DNA of 64,000 nucleotides. Origin: an uncultured delta proteobacterium. GTDB taxonomy: Bacteria > Myxococcota > Kuafuiibacteriia > Kuafuiibacteriales > Kuafuiibacteriaceae. Below the pieces are notes generated by a model, which worked only from the letters and a program-made list of their open reading frames with translations, did not search any database and had not been told where the DNA came from. Each line of letters starts with the position of its first letter. Positions within the stretch are counted from its first letter, which is position 1. Below, piece by piece: positions 20,787 to 34,418 of the stretch. The DNA is taken from contig CAWDML010000014.1 in assembly GCA_963803435.1 (NCBI GenBank), positions 96,001 to 160,000 of the forward strand, read 5' to 3'. Position numbers and translations under genes: made by a program.

Positions 20787-21261
20787 GTGCGTTCCCTTAC
20801 GGCCCTCACCATCCTGGTGCTGCCTGCCATCGCCCACGCCCAGCACCGCGCGGCGATCGCCGCTGGTGGGCTCGGCGCTCGTGGAGCTTCGGGGAAACCT
20901 ATATTTTGACGGCGCGAACCAGGTTCGGACGGACGGACGGCCGTTCCACGGAGAGAGTGCTCGGCCCCGCTGGTGCGGCCGGTATCCGAACCCGTCCGGA
21001 AAACGGCGGAAGCTGCGCGCGCTCGGCCGGCTCAACCCTTCCGGTCCAGCAGGCCGCGCCATCGTGCTGCTCGATTCGGCAGATGGCGGACTCCTTCCAG
21101 GTCTCCGCGCTCCCGATGGGGCCCGTCGCGAGTGCGATCTGTCGGATCCGGAACAGCCCCGCGACCTCAGCCTGATCGTCTGGATCGAGGAGCACTTCCA
21201 GATGCGCAAGCTCCGGGACGCCTACCCGCACTGGGAGGACACCGCCTCAGAGAAGGACTGA
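20787..21261 (+). pseudogene. Hypothetical secreted protein, probably frameshifted or degenerate
   Basis: Signal-peptide-like VRSLTALTILVLPAIAHA in one frame; the plausible continuation (LVELRGNLYFDG...WIEEHFQMRKLRDAYPHW) is in another frame. Confidence 0.35.
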
Positions 21262-21319
21262 CCCATCGCCCACGACCGGGCCCTGGGCGGACGAGCCAGC
21301 GTGCTAACGTCGGACGGCG

Positions 21320-22081
21320 ATGAGCGTATCGAAGGGCTCAGTCTTCGCGGCGGCCGCGCTCGGGTTCGTGGGAACGGCGATCCTTCACGCCATCTCCGTC
21401 TTCCAAGACACTGGAGCGCCGTTTCCCTGGCGTCACGCTCTGTTCGTCGCCATCAACCTGGGTGCGGCGATCGGCCTCTTCCGCTTTCGCACGAGGACCT
21501 TCGCGATCTCGTTCTCTGTGCTCACCCTCCAGCAACTGTGGAGTCACGGCTCCAGCGCAGTCGCGATGTGGACGCAGCGGGCTCAGATCGATTGGGTGTC
21601 GATCGTCGTGGTCGTGAGCATGCCGCTGATCCTCGGGTTGCTCATCTCCGAGCAGATCGCTCCCGCTGCGCCTTGGGAGCCGGAAGCGATCGGGGCGGCG
21701 GTCGTGGGCGCGCTCGCGGTCGTCCTCATCGCCGCGATCATTCGCCACGATACGGTCTTCGAAGATTACAGCGCCCGCTTCGGCGCACTCTCACCTGTCG
21801 AATTCCAGTCCCTCAACCAGGAGATGAGTCGCCTGAAGGACCTCGCTCGAGTCTCGGTGCTCGCGTTGTTCCCTGCGGATCTCCTCTGGTTGGTGCTGTC
21901 CGCGAGAGCCTGGCGGAGGCGTGGAGGTCGACTCCCGAAGGCCACTTTCTTCGCGGCCCTGTTGGTGCTGGCCGCGGTCGCCCTCCTCCTGTTGCTCGCC
22001 ACTGCGATCCCCTCTGGGCCCGGGATGATCGGCGAGTCTCGCGAGGCCGGCACCAACCTGCGCGTGCGCGCCTCCCTCTAA
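21320..22081 (+). CDS. Hypothetical multi-pass membrane protein
   Basis: About 7 hydrophobic segments; no recognisable family. Confidence 0.65.
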   Translation: MSVSKGSVFAAAALGFVGTAILHAISVFQDTGAPFPWRHALFVAINLGAAIGLFRFRTRTFAISFSVLTLQQLWSHGSSAVAMWTQRAQIDWVSIVVVVSMPLILGLLISEQIAPAAPWEPEAIGAAVVGALAVVLIAAIIRHDTVFEDYSARFGALSPVEFQSLNQEMSRLKDLARVSVLALFPADLLWLVLSARAWRRRGGRLPKATFFAALLVLAAVALLLLLATAIPSGPGMIGESREAGTNLRVRASL

Positions 22082-22148
22082 CGAAACCTCGACGCGTCGG
22101 TCACACATCGTCCTGGGCCCGAGTCCAATGACGAAAGGAGACACGACG

Positions 22149-23747
22149 ATGCGCACCACGAGCCATGCTGTCCTGTTCGCGTTCACCCTGGCGGGAGCGG
22201 GCTGCGCCGGAGACACCGGCCCGAAGGGGGATCCCGGCGACTCGGTCGTCGTCGATCCGACGCTGAGCCCGCTCGAGAAGGCCTTCGTTGGAATCGGCGG
22301 CAAGGAGGCCGTCGAGGCGCTGACGACGTTTCGGCTGGAGATCGAGGGCACCCGTTACTTCGACGGCGAGGCGCACGCGCCGGGGGGCCCCATTCCCGAG
22401 GCCACCGAGTACACCGGCGTGCTCTCGTACGACGTCACGAACGACGCGAACCGCCTGGATCTCACACGGACGGTCAAAGCGTTCGACGCGGACGTTCCCG
22501 CGCAGACGTTCAGCGAGATCGTGCGCGGCAACCTCGGGCACGTGACCGGCGAGGACGGCCTGTTCGGCGGCTCGAGCGGCGATCTCGCTTCAGCCGGCAC
22601 GGCCGCGATCCGGAAGGAGCGCTATCTGTTGTCGCCGCAGCTGATCCTTCGCGACGTCGCGCGCGATCCGTCGCTCGCGAGCGAGGCCGGCGTGGCGCTC
22701 GTCGGCGGGAGCCTGCACGAGCGGGTCGAGGTCGCGACCGACATCGCCCCGATCACCCTCTTCGTCGACGTCCAGACGGGACGGATCACGAAGCTGACCA
22801 CGCTCGAGAGCGACCACGTGCACCGCGACGTCGAGATCACCGCATGGTTCGAGGACTGGCAGCCGACGAACGGGCTCGCGTTCCCCCGTCGGGTCTACCT
22901 CGCGACCGGCGATGAGATCGTGCTCGACGAGCGCCGGACGAAGGTCGAGGTCGACGTCGATCTGGATCCGGAGCAGCTCACGCTCCCTCCGGATGCGGCG
23001 CCGACGTACGCCGCCGCCGACGCGCGGCTCGGCGAGCTCGACCAGCATTTCCACCAGTCGTTCGGGGCGATCGGCTTCCGCCTCGACGTCGTGCAGGACC
23101 AGGTCGAGGCGACGGAGCTCGCACCCGGCGTCTTCCGGCTCGGCGGCGGCACCCACAACTCGCTCGCGATCGCGCAGGACGACGGCCTGGTGATCGTCGA
23201 CGCGCCGCTGTACAGCGCGCGCAGCCAGGCGATCATGGCGTGGGCGGCGGCCGCCTTCCCGAACACGCCCATCGCGCACCTCGTCGTGACCCACTTCCAC
23301 GACGATCACACGGGTGGCGTGCGGGACTTCGTCGCGGCCGGCGTCCCCGTGATCACGGGCAGCGGCTCCGAGGGCTTCCTCGAGCGGGTGGTGGCGGCGC
23401 CGTCGACGCTCGACGCCGATCCCCTGGCGCAGCATCCGATGCCCCTCTCGATCACCCGGGTCGCGAGCGGCGACGTGATGCATCTGGCCGACGCGACGCA
23501 TCCGGTCGACATCATCCCCATCGTCAACGCGCACGCCGCCGACATGGTCTACGTCCGCCTGCCGGCCGACGACATCGTGTTCGTCGCGGATCTCTATAGC
23601 CCCGGATTTCCGCCGGTGTTCCCGATCGACCTCAAGGAGTCGGTGTACGCGGCGCTGCTCGCAGAAGGTGGGACCAGCGATATGATCGTCGGTGCGCACG
23701 GCGGCGTGGCGACCTTCGCCCAGCTCGCCAGCGAGACCGGCCACTGA
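22149..23747 (+). CDS. Lipoprotein with C-terminal metallo-beta-lactamase-fold hydrolase domain
   Basis: AAAGGAG RBS; LAGAG-C lipobox; short collagen-like GDTGPKGDPG; THFHDDH motif, plus HAAD, VADL and VGAHG. Confidence 0.85.
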   Translation: MRTTSHAVLFAFTLAGAGCAGDTGPKGDPGDSVVVDPTLSPLEKAFVGIGGKEAVEALTTFRLEIEGTRYFDGEAHAPGGPIPEATEYTGVLSYDVTNDANRLDLTRTVKAFDADVPAQTFSEIVRGNLGHVTGEDGLFGGSSGDLASAGTAAIRKERYLLSPQLILRDVARDPSLASEAGVALVGGSLHERVEVATDIAPITLFVDVQTGRITKLTTLESDHVHRDVEITAWFEDWQPTNGLAFPRRVYLATGDEIVLDERRTKVEVDVDLDPEQLTLPPDAAPTYAAADARLGELDQHFHQSFGAIGFRLDVVQDQVEATELAPGVFRLGGGTHNSLAIAQDDGLVIVDAPLYSARSQAIMAWAAAAFPNTPIAHLVVTHFHDDHTGGVRDFVAAGVPVITGSGSEGFLERVVAAPSTLDADPLAQHPMPLSITRVASGDVMHLADATHPVDIIPIVNAHAADMVYVRLPADDIVFVADLYSPGFPPVFPIDLKESVYAALLAEGGTSDMIVGAHGGVATFAQLASETGH

Positions 23748-23767
23748 CCCGGGAGCGCAGGCGGAGA

Positions 23768-24760
23768 TCAGGGCGCAGCGCGGGCGAAGTGCTGCAGCAG
23801 ATCGTTGTCGGTGGACAGCACCAGCACCGATTCCGCCGGCAGGGCGTTCTCGTAGGTCTCCAGGCTCTTGACGAAGCTGTAGAAGCCCTCCGCCTTTGCG
23901 TAGCTCTTCGCGTAGATCGCGGTGGCTTTCGCGTCGGCAGCGCCCTTGATCGTCTCGGCCTTGCGAAACGCCTCGGACCGGACCTTTCGGAGCTCCCGCT
24001 CCCTCTTGCCGGCGATCTCCGCTCGCTGCCCGCGACCGACCGAGCGGATCCGTTCGGCGATCTTCATCCGCTCCGAGATCATCCGCTCGAACACCTTGGC
24101 CTGGACACTCGCCTCGTAGTTGATGCGCTTGACGAGCACGTCGACGATCTCGATCCCGTACTGGGGCGCCACCTCCCGGGCGCGCGTGGCGATCGCCAGC
24201 TGGAGCTTGGTCCGGCCCACCTGGATGCGGTCGACCTTGCTCACGCTGTTGGGGTCGTCCTCGAGCTCGGCCGAGGTCGAGGTCTCCGTGTCCAGGATCA
24301 GATTGGTGTCGCGGACGATCTCCACCAGGTTGTGGTCGCTGACGATGTCGCGGGTCGCGGAGTCGACGATGTCGTCGAGCCGGCCCTGGGCGGACGACTC
24401 GGTGGCCACGGATTCAAGGTAGCGGAGCGGATCCACGATCCGCCAGCGGGCGGTGGTGTCGACCGAGATGTACTTCTTGTCCCGGGTCGGGATCTGGTTC
24501 GGATGGCCATCCCACTCGATGATCCGCTTCTCGATGAAGTGGACCTCCTGCACCATGGGGAGCTTGAAGTGGATTCCAGGCTCCTTGATCGGCTGGCCGA
24601 CCACGGCACCGAACTCGGTGATGATCGCCTGCTGGACCTCCGTGACGGTGAAGACGGCCGAGCTCGCGACCAGAGTGAAGAGCGTGGCGAGGGCCACCAG
24701 GATCAAGGGGAGGAGGCTTCGCTGAGGAAGCCGGCGCACGTTGCCATTCCCGTAGCTCAC
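23768..24760 (-). CDS. hflC: FtsH protease modulator HflC
   Basis: SPFH domain; QQAIITEFG, PGIHFKLP, VFERMISERMKIA, FYSFVKSLETY. Confidence 0.93.
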   Translation of the reverse strand: MSYGNGNVRRLPQRSLLPLILVALATLFTLVASSAVFTVTEVQQAIITEFGAVVGQPIKEPGIHFKLPMVQEVHFIEKRIIEWDGHPNQIPTRDKKYISVDTTARWRIVDPLRYLESVATESSAQGRLDDIVDSATRDIVSDHNLVEIVRDTNLILDTETSTSAELEDDPNSVSKVDRIQVGRTKLQLAIATRAREVAPQYGIEIVDVLVKRINYEASVQAKVFERMISERMKIAERIRSVGRGQRAEIAGKRERELRKVRSEAFRKAETIKGAADAKATAIYAKSYAKAEGFYSFVKSLETYENALPAESVLVLSTDNDLLQHFARAAP

Positions 24761-25734
24761 TTGGCACCTCCCGCCCGGAGCTGCTCGAGGTTGAGCAGCG
24801 GCACCACCGACTTGACCTTCGGATCGACGATCACGACGCGATCGACCTTCTGGAGCACCTTCTGCATGCTCTCCAGATAGAGCCGGGAGGCGGTGACCTT
24901 GGGGGCCTTCTCGTACTCGAGCTGTACCTGGCGGAACCGTTCGGCCTCTCCCTGGGCGCGATTCACCCGCTCGAGCCCATAGCCCTCCGCCTCGGCGACG
25001 ATCTTGAGCGCGTCGCCCTTCGCCTCGGGGATGGCCTTGTTGTAGGCCTGCCAGGCGTCGTTGATCATCCTCTCCTCTTCCTGCTTCGCGGCGTTGACGT
25101 CGTTGAACGACGCCTTGACCACCTTGGGCGGGTTCACGTCCTGGAGCTTCACGGTGACGATGCTGATCCCCATCCCGTAGTGATCGATCGACTCCTGCAT
25201 CACGCTCTCGACGCTGCTGCCGATCTCGCCGCGGCCGGTGGTGAGGACGTCGTTCACCGAGCGATCCCCGACGACCCGGCGCATCGCGCTCTCGGCGATG
25301 TCGCGGATCGTCTTGGGCACGTTGCGAACGCTGAACAGGAACTTCTTCGGGTCAGCGATGCGGTATTGGACGATCCACTCCACATCGGCGACGTTCAGGT
25401 CGCCGGTGAGCATCTGGGACTCGGAGCTGAAGTCGCCGGTGGCGTAGGTGGTCTGCACCCCGGCCTCGACGGTGCGGAACCCGAACTCGGCCTTGTGAAT
25501 GCGTCGAGTGCGGACCTTGAGCGCCTCGTCGATCCCGAACGGGAGCTTCGCGTGGAGGCCTGGCTCGGTGATCTCGAGGAAACGGCCGAAGCGGAGGATC
25601 ACCGCCTCCTCATCCGGATCGACCGAATAGAACACGCTGACGAGCACCACTATCCCGCCCAGCAGCGCCGCCAGGATCAGCACGAGTCTCCAATTCTTCC
25701 GGAGTCCCTCGAGAAGCGCTTCGATTTGTGCCAT
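24757..25734 (-). CDS. hflK: FtsH protease modulator HflK
   Basis: AVILRFG, MLTGDLNVADVEWIVQYRI, LQDVNPP, AQGEAERF, RLYLESM; directly upstream of hflC. Confidence 0.94.
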   Translation of the reverse strand: MAQIEALLEGLRKNWRLVLILAALLGGIVVLVSVFYSVDPDEEAVILRFGRFLEITEPGLHAKLPFGIDEALKVRTRRIHKAEFGFRTVEAGVQTTYATGDFSSESQMLTGDLNVADVEWIVQYRIADPKKFLFSVRNVPKTIRDIAESAMRRVVGDRSVNDVLTTGRGEIGSSVESVMQESIDHYGMGISIVTVKLQDVNPPKVVKASFNDVNAAKQEEERMINDAWQAYNKAIPEAKGDALKIVAEAEGYGLERVNRAQGEAERFRQVQLEYEKAPKVTASRLYLESMQKVLQKVDRVVIVDPKVKSVVPLLNLEQLRAGGAK

Positions 25735-25812
25735 GGGTTGCTGTACCACGCGAGACCGGAGCGGGGCACGACAACCCGTCATTGAGGGCGCAACCTCTGC
25801 GATCCGCTGCCT

Positions 25813-26340
25813 TCACCTCGTCGAGGAGCGTGTCGCGAGGTAGCGCGATGGCGAGAGGGATCCGCGGCGGTCACCCAGGACCGTGTTGTCGTCGTCCGGG
25901 AGCACGCGGCGCGCGCTTCGGAAACCGCGGCGGTACACGGGACGATCCAGCCGATCCACCAGCACGCCGTGGCTGAGGCTGGCGTGAGCGAAGTGCTCCT
26001 CACCCATATACAGCCCCACGTGGTCGATGCCTCTCCCGTTGTGCACCAGATCGAAGAAGAGGAGGTCGCCCACCTCGAGCTCGTCGCGCTCCACGGGGAG
26101 ACCGACCCGCGCCTGATCGCGGCTCCGTCGCGGCAGGTCGACACCCAGCTCCGCCATCACCTTCTGCGTGAAGCCGGAGCAGTCCGTCCCTTCGCGGGAA
26201 GCGCCGCGCCATCGATAGGGTGTGCCGATCCAGGCGCCCACGATCTCGCGAACGCGCTCCGCGCGATCGGACGTGACGATCTGCTGCGAGGCACATGCAG
26301 TGGTCAGCGTCGCCGCCAGCGCAATCCCCCACGCGCGCAC
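25813..26340 (-). CDS. NlpC/P60 (C40) peptidoglycan peptidase lipoprotein
   Basis: LTTA-C lipobox; IGTPYRWRG, DCSGF, GDLLFF, HVGLY, FAHAS. Confidence 0.93.
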   Translation of the reverse strand: MRAWGIALAATLTTACASQQIVTSDRAERVREIVGAWIGTPYRWRGASREGTDCSGFTQKVMAELGVDLPRRSRDQARVGLPVERDELEVGDLLFFDLVHNGRGIDHVGLYMGEEHFAHASLSHGVLVDRLDRPVYRRGFRSARRVLPDDDNTVLGDRRGSLSPSRYLATRSSTR

Positions 26341-26441
26341 GCCGGCAGTTTACCTGATCGACGCTCGACCCTCGATGCGTCCCCCGGCCGATCTGGTGGC
26401 GCCGATGTGGCCGCGTGTGTGAGTGCTCCTCGGCGATGGCC

Positions 26442-27764
26442 TCAAACCATGCACCGTCGCCTGACCTCTTTCTGTCGGGTCCGCTTCGCATCCGGGCGGG
26501 CAGCGAGCCGGTCATCGACCAGCTCGATCGACGCGATCGCATCGAAAGGGACGAGGCCACGGCGCCCGCCGGTCTCCTTGGCGGATTCGACCTCGAGCCC
26601 CCCGTATGGATATTCGCCCGAGGTCCGGTCGCGAGCGACCGCCTTCACCCGGTACTCGTCGCCGCCGTGCTGCCGGTTCGCAGACTCCTCGACGAACTGG
26701 ATTCGAACTCGCTCGCCCACGTATCGCTCCAGCGCGGTCAGCTCCGCCGGTGTGGGCGGGCTCGACTCTTCGATGGACCGGATGTCGTCGAAGGTCCAGG
26801 TGCCGCCGGCGATGCTGCCCAGCATCGCCGTGTACTGAACGACGCGTCCGCTGGGGTATTCGGGCGATGGGTTGTCGACGTGCTCTATGCTGGTGAGAAA
26901 CCTTCTGCCGGTGTTGTCCGTGATCCATGCGCGCTGCCGATGGAAGGAGCCCCACCGATCGGGGCCCGTCCAGTCGAAGTTCTTGGTGCGAATCTTCAGG
27001 ACGTCGGTGAGGAGGCCGAAGCCTCCGAAACCGTCCAGTCGAAGGCTGCCGTCCTGTCCGATCGAGTAGCGGCGAGTGATCTCCAGGTGCGGCTGATTCG
27101 GATCGGAGTAGGTGATCGTTCGCGTGCTCTCGTTCACCTCCAGCACCACGATCGCGTGGGCGGAGTCATTACCCGTCGTGACGCAGAGGAGAGTGAGGGT
27201 GTCGGCGTCGGCGCGGAGCTCGCCGAAGTCGATGTCATGTGTGCGTTGCCAGCCCCGGCTCCGTTCCGCTTTCACGCCCACGTGGGCCGGGTCGATCTCG
27301 TTGGCGACTTCGTTGATCACCCTCTCCAGGCTGATGAAGTCGAGGCCGAGGCGCGCGTCCTTGCCGAGCCGGTCCCACGCACGCTGGACCAGGCGACCGA
27401 CCAATGCGTCGGAGGTCGAGGTGAAGACGCTGGTGTCGCGGCCGAGATGAGAGAACGCGGCGTGGAGGACATTGACCGCGCTGGTGGTAGCGCAGAGTCC
27501 GCCGCTGGGAATGAGGAGCCCGCGCTGTCCGAGACGATGATCGGTCTGTTGCAGAAGCTCGCCGCGCTGCATCAACCGGAGGAGGTGATCCTGGATGGTC
27601 GTGGAGGCGCTCGACGGTCGCTCGCCGTCGACGCGCGGAGAGGATCGAAGTGGCGGCAGGACTGGAGTCGCGTTCACGCGAACGCTGGAGTGAGGCTGTG
27701 CGTCGATCAGCGCCGGTGGGATCCGGATGGTGACCTCGATCCGGAGCGGCGGAGTGCTGACCAT
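26442..27764 (-). CDS. Hypothetical protein with a putative papain-like (C39-like) cysteine peptidase domain
   Basis: QQTD...GGLCATTSAVNVL (Cys), SAHAIVV (His), ITYSDPN (Asp) in papain-fold order; no signal peptide. Confidence 0.6.
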   Translation of the reverse strand: MVSTPPLRIEVTIRIPPALIDAQPHSSVRVNATPVLPPLRSSPRVDGERPSSASTTIQDHLLRLMQRGELLQQTDHRLGQRGLLIPSGGLCATTSAVNVLHAAFSHLGRDTSVFTSTSDALVGRLVQRAWDRLGKDARLGLDFISLERVINEVANEIDPAHVGVKAERSRGWQRTHDIDFGELRADADTLTLLCVTTGNDSAHAIVVLEVNESTRTITYSDPNQPHLEITRRYSIGQDGSLRLDGFGGFGLLTDVLKIRTKNFDWTGPDRWGSFHRQRAWITDNTGRRFLTSIEHVDNPSPEYPSGRVVQYTAMLGSIAGGTWTFDDIRSIEESSPPTPAELTALERYVGERVRIQFVEESANRQHGGDEYRVKAVARDRTSGEYPYGGLEVESAKETGGRRGLVPFDAIASIELVDDRLAARPDAKRTRQKEVRRRCMV

Positions 27765-27916
27765 GTGAATGGATTTTCGACCAATGAAGACGGTCGTTTC
27801 GTTCGATTTACAAGTGCACTCGTAACTAGCTGTCGACCTGCCCCAGTGTGGCCTGATCCGAACACCTGCCGCGGCCTGCGAGTCACGAGGTCCAAGCCGG
27901 GATAGTCTAACCTCTC

Positions 27917-28729
27917 ATGAGCCACGAACACCTCGTCACGCAGGCACGTGCCGGCGATCGCCGCGCCCTCGACCAGCTCCTCCGCGAGATGAAGGACCTC
28001 GTCTACAACCTCGCGATCCGGATGCTGGGCCGCCCCGCCGACGCCGAGGATGCCTCGCAGGAGATTCTGATCCGGCTGGTCACCGGGCTCGCGTCTTTCC
28101 GCGGCGACAGCTCGTTCCGCACCTGGGTGTACCGCGTCGCCACCAACCAGCTGCTGACGACGCGCAAGCGGATCGCGGAGCAGCACACCGAGAGCTTCGA
28201 GGCCCTCGGCGACTTCCTCGACAAGGGCATCGCGTCGCAGCATCCACCCGTCGAGGATACGCGTTTGGTGGCCGAGGCCAAGATGGCGTGCACGTCTCGG
28301 ATGCTCCTATGTCTCGATCGTGATCATCGGATCGCGTTCATCCTCGGCGAGATCCTCGAGCTGTCCGGGGAGGAAGCCGCCGCCGTGCTCGAGATCAGCG
28401 CGGAGGCGTTTCGCAAGCGGCTATCGCGGGCGCGGGCCCGTATGGAGGCGTTCACCGCCGAGCACTGCGGGATCGTCGACCGCAGCAAGCCGTGTCGCTG
28501 CGCCAAGCAGGCCGCCAACGCGATCGGTCTGGGGTTGCTCGACCCCTCGCGGCCCACCTGGTCCGTCCACCCCACGCTCGAGCAGCAGAACGCGCATGTC
28601 GCCGAGATCGATCGCATCGTGCAGACCGTCGAGCTGATGCGCAGCATCCCGCGGTTCGCCGCGCCGGACTCGCTGGTCGACGGCCTCCGCGAGCTGATCG
28701 AGGACCGCAGCGGCAACCTGCTGTCCTGA
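27917..28729 (+). CDS. ECF sigma factor with Cys-rich C-terminal extension
   Basis: DAEDASQE, FRTWVYRVATN (region 2), AFRKRLSRAR (region 4); extension EHCGIVDRSKPCRC. Confidence 0.9.
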   Translation: MSHEHLVTQARAGDRRALDQLLREMKDLVYNLAIRMLGRPADAEDASQEILIRLVTGLASFRGDSSFRTWVYRVATNQLLTTRKRIAEQHTESFEALGDFLDKGIASQHPPVEDTRLVAEAKMACTSRMLLCLDRDHRIAFILGEILELSGEEAAAVLEISAEAFRKRLSRARARMEAFTAEHCGIVDRSKPCRCAKQAANAIGLGLLDPSRPTWSVHPTLEQQNAHVAEIDRIVQTVELMRSIPRFAAPDSLVDGLRELIEDRSGNLLS

Positions 28730-28737
28730 GCGTTCAT

Positions 28738-28832
28738 CTAGGAGCGTGTAGCGCGTAAGCGCTCACGCGACCCGGACCGGGACCGGGACCCGGACCGGGT
28801 CGCGTGAGCGCTTACGCGCTACACGCTCCTAG
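28738..28832. mobile_element. 95-bp MITE-like hairpin derived from the ends of the IS1182-type element
   Basis: Perfect 38-bp inverted repeat CTAGGAGCGTGTAGCGCGTAAGCGCTCACGCGACCCGG around a 19-nt GGGACC-rich loop; same sequence as the ends at 44696 and 46604. Confidence 0.88.
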
Positions 28833-29842
28833 TGCTTCGTCGCCACCACCACCTTCGAGAGGAAGTGCGGGCGCGACGAGCTCACCTGGAACCCACAGGC
28901 CTCGAGGGTCGCCTCCAGCGGATCAGAGACGTAGGTCTTGAAGTACGGCTCGTGGTAGAGGGCCGGAAACAGGTCGAAGAAGTACTCGAGCTCGGCGCTC
29001 TCCACGCGCTGAGCCGAGTCGCAGATCACGGCGCAACCGCCGGGCCGCAGCACGCGATACATCTCCTGGAGCACGTTCATCCGAGCCGAGCGGGGGAGCT
29101 CGTGGAACAGGAAGATCGAGCTGACGGCGTCGAACGACTCGCCCGCGAACGGCATGGCCTCGGCGTTGTCGGCCACCAGCGTCACGCCGGGGATCCCGTT
29201 GAGCGTGTCGTGCGCACGACGGAGGTAGTAGGGGCTGAGATCGATCCCCGAGAGCCTCGCCTTGGGGAAGGTGCCGTGGAGCTGGCGGAGGAAGCTGCCC
29301 GTGCCGCAGGCGACGTCGAGGATGCTCGGCTGCGCCCGACCCTCGAGCGACGCGACCAGCGCCGGGATGGTCATCCGCCGCATGATCCCGGCGGTCCCGA
29401 CGAAGAGCACCTCGACCGAGACGTCGTAGTATTTGGCCGAGTGATCGCTCAGCCAGCCGTCGCTCTGCCAGTGGAAGGTCCGGAGGTAGTAGTCGGGATA
29501 GAACTCGCGGTTCTCGATGCGCGGCAGATCCTCGTGACGCTTGCGGGCCCGCCGCCAGTAGATCGAGGGGAGCTCGAAGACGCCGCGCGGAAGCAGCTTG
29601 GCGTAGCGGCCCAAGGGAAAGTCGAAGAGGAGGTCGCGCGGGTAGTAGCCAGCCGCGACGTTCGCAAGGTCCTCGTCGAGGAGGCTCCGGTAGCGACGAA
29701 GGTAGACGTCCATCAGCTCCTGCGTCGGCGCCGCTCGCGTGGGCGCGAGCATGAAGTGCCAGCTGCGCATGAGGGGCGTCAGCATGGCCGTGATGCTCAT
29801 ATGACGCGCCAGGTAGCGGACTCGATCCGTGGTGGCTCGCAT
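28829..29842 (-). CDS. Class I SAM-dependent methyltransferase
   Basis: YPDYYLRTFHWQSDGWLS N-terminal motif; ILDVACGTG, GIDLSPYYL, FLFHELP, VLRPGG. Confidence 0.9.
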   Translation of the reverse strand: MRATTDRVRYLARHMSITAMLTPLMRSWHFMLAPTRAAPTQELMDVYLRRYRSLLDEDLANVAAGYYPRDLLFDFPLGRYAKLLPRGVFELPSIYWRRARKRHEDLPRIENREFYPDYYLRTFHWQSDGWLSDHSAKYYDVSVEVLFVGTAGIMRRMTIPALVASLEGRAQPSILDVACGTGSFLRQLHGTFPKARLSGIDLSPYYLRRAHDTLNGIPGVTLVADNAEAMPFAGESFDAVSSIFLFHELPRSARMNVLQEMYRVLRPGGCAVICDSAQRVESAELEYFFDLFPALYHEPYFKTYVSDPLEATLEACGFQVSSSRPHFLSKVVVATKH

Positions 29843-29849
29843 CCGCCGA

Positions 29850-34226
<4,377 letters not shown>

Positions 34227-34377
34227 GGCGTCACGATGGTGCGGGTGCCCTTGGTGTCGAGTCAACACTAAGGTGGGCCGCGGGGCCCAGATGCAGCGGT
34301 GACACTTCGAACCTCCGAACGGCGGCGTAACGCGCGCGCCCGCGTGACAGGCCCGCGAGAGCGCTCGGCCGACTCGG

Positions 34378-34393
34378 TGGCACGTCGGTTGCT
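34378..34393 (+). promoter_or_regulatory. sigma54 (RpoN) -24/-12 promoter of the TauD-like gene
   Basis: TGGCACG-TCGG-TTGCT is an exact consensus match, followed by a GGAGG RBS and the ATG at 34419. Confidence 0.8.
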
Positions 34394-34418
34394 GTTTGCC
34401 CCGTCCGGAGGCCCCCCC

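Noticed and set aside
22149-23747. Antibiotic-resistance metallo-beta-lactamase
   Set aside because: It has the HxHxDH fold motif, but the large N-terminal domain and overall length point to a generic MBL-fold hydrolase, not a class B beta-lactamase
28738-28832. CRISPR repeat or a simple intrinsic terminator
   Set aside because: There is no repeat-spacer array and no cas gene; the stem is far longer than a terminator needs and matches the IS ends
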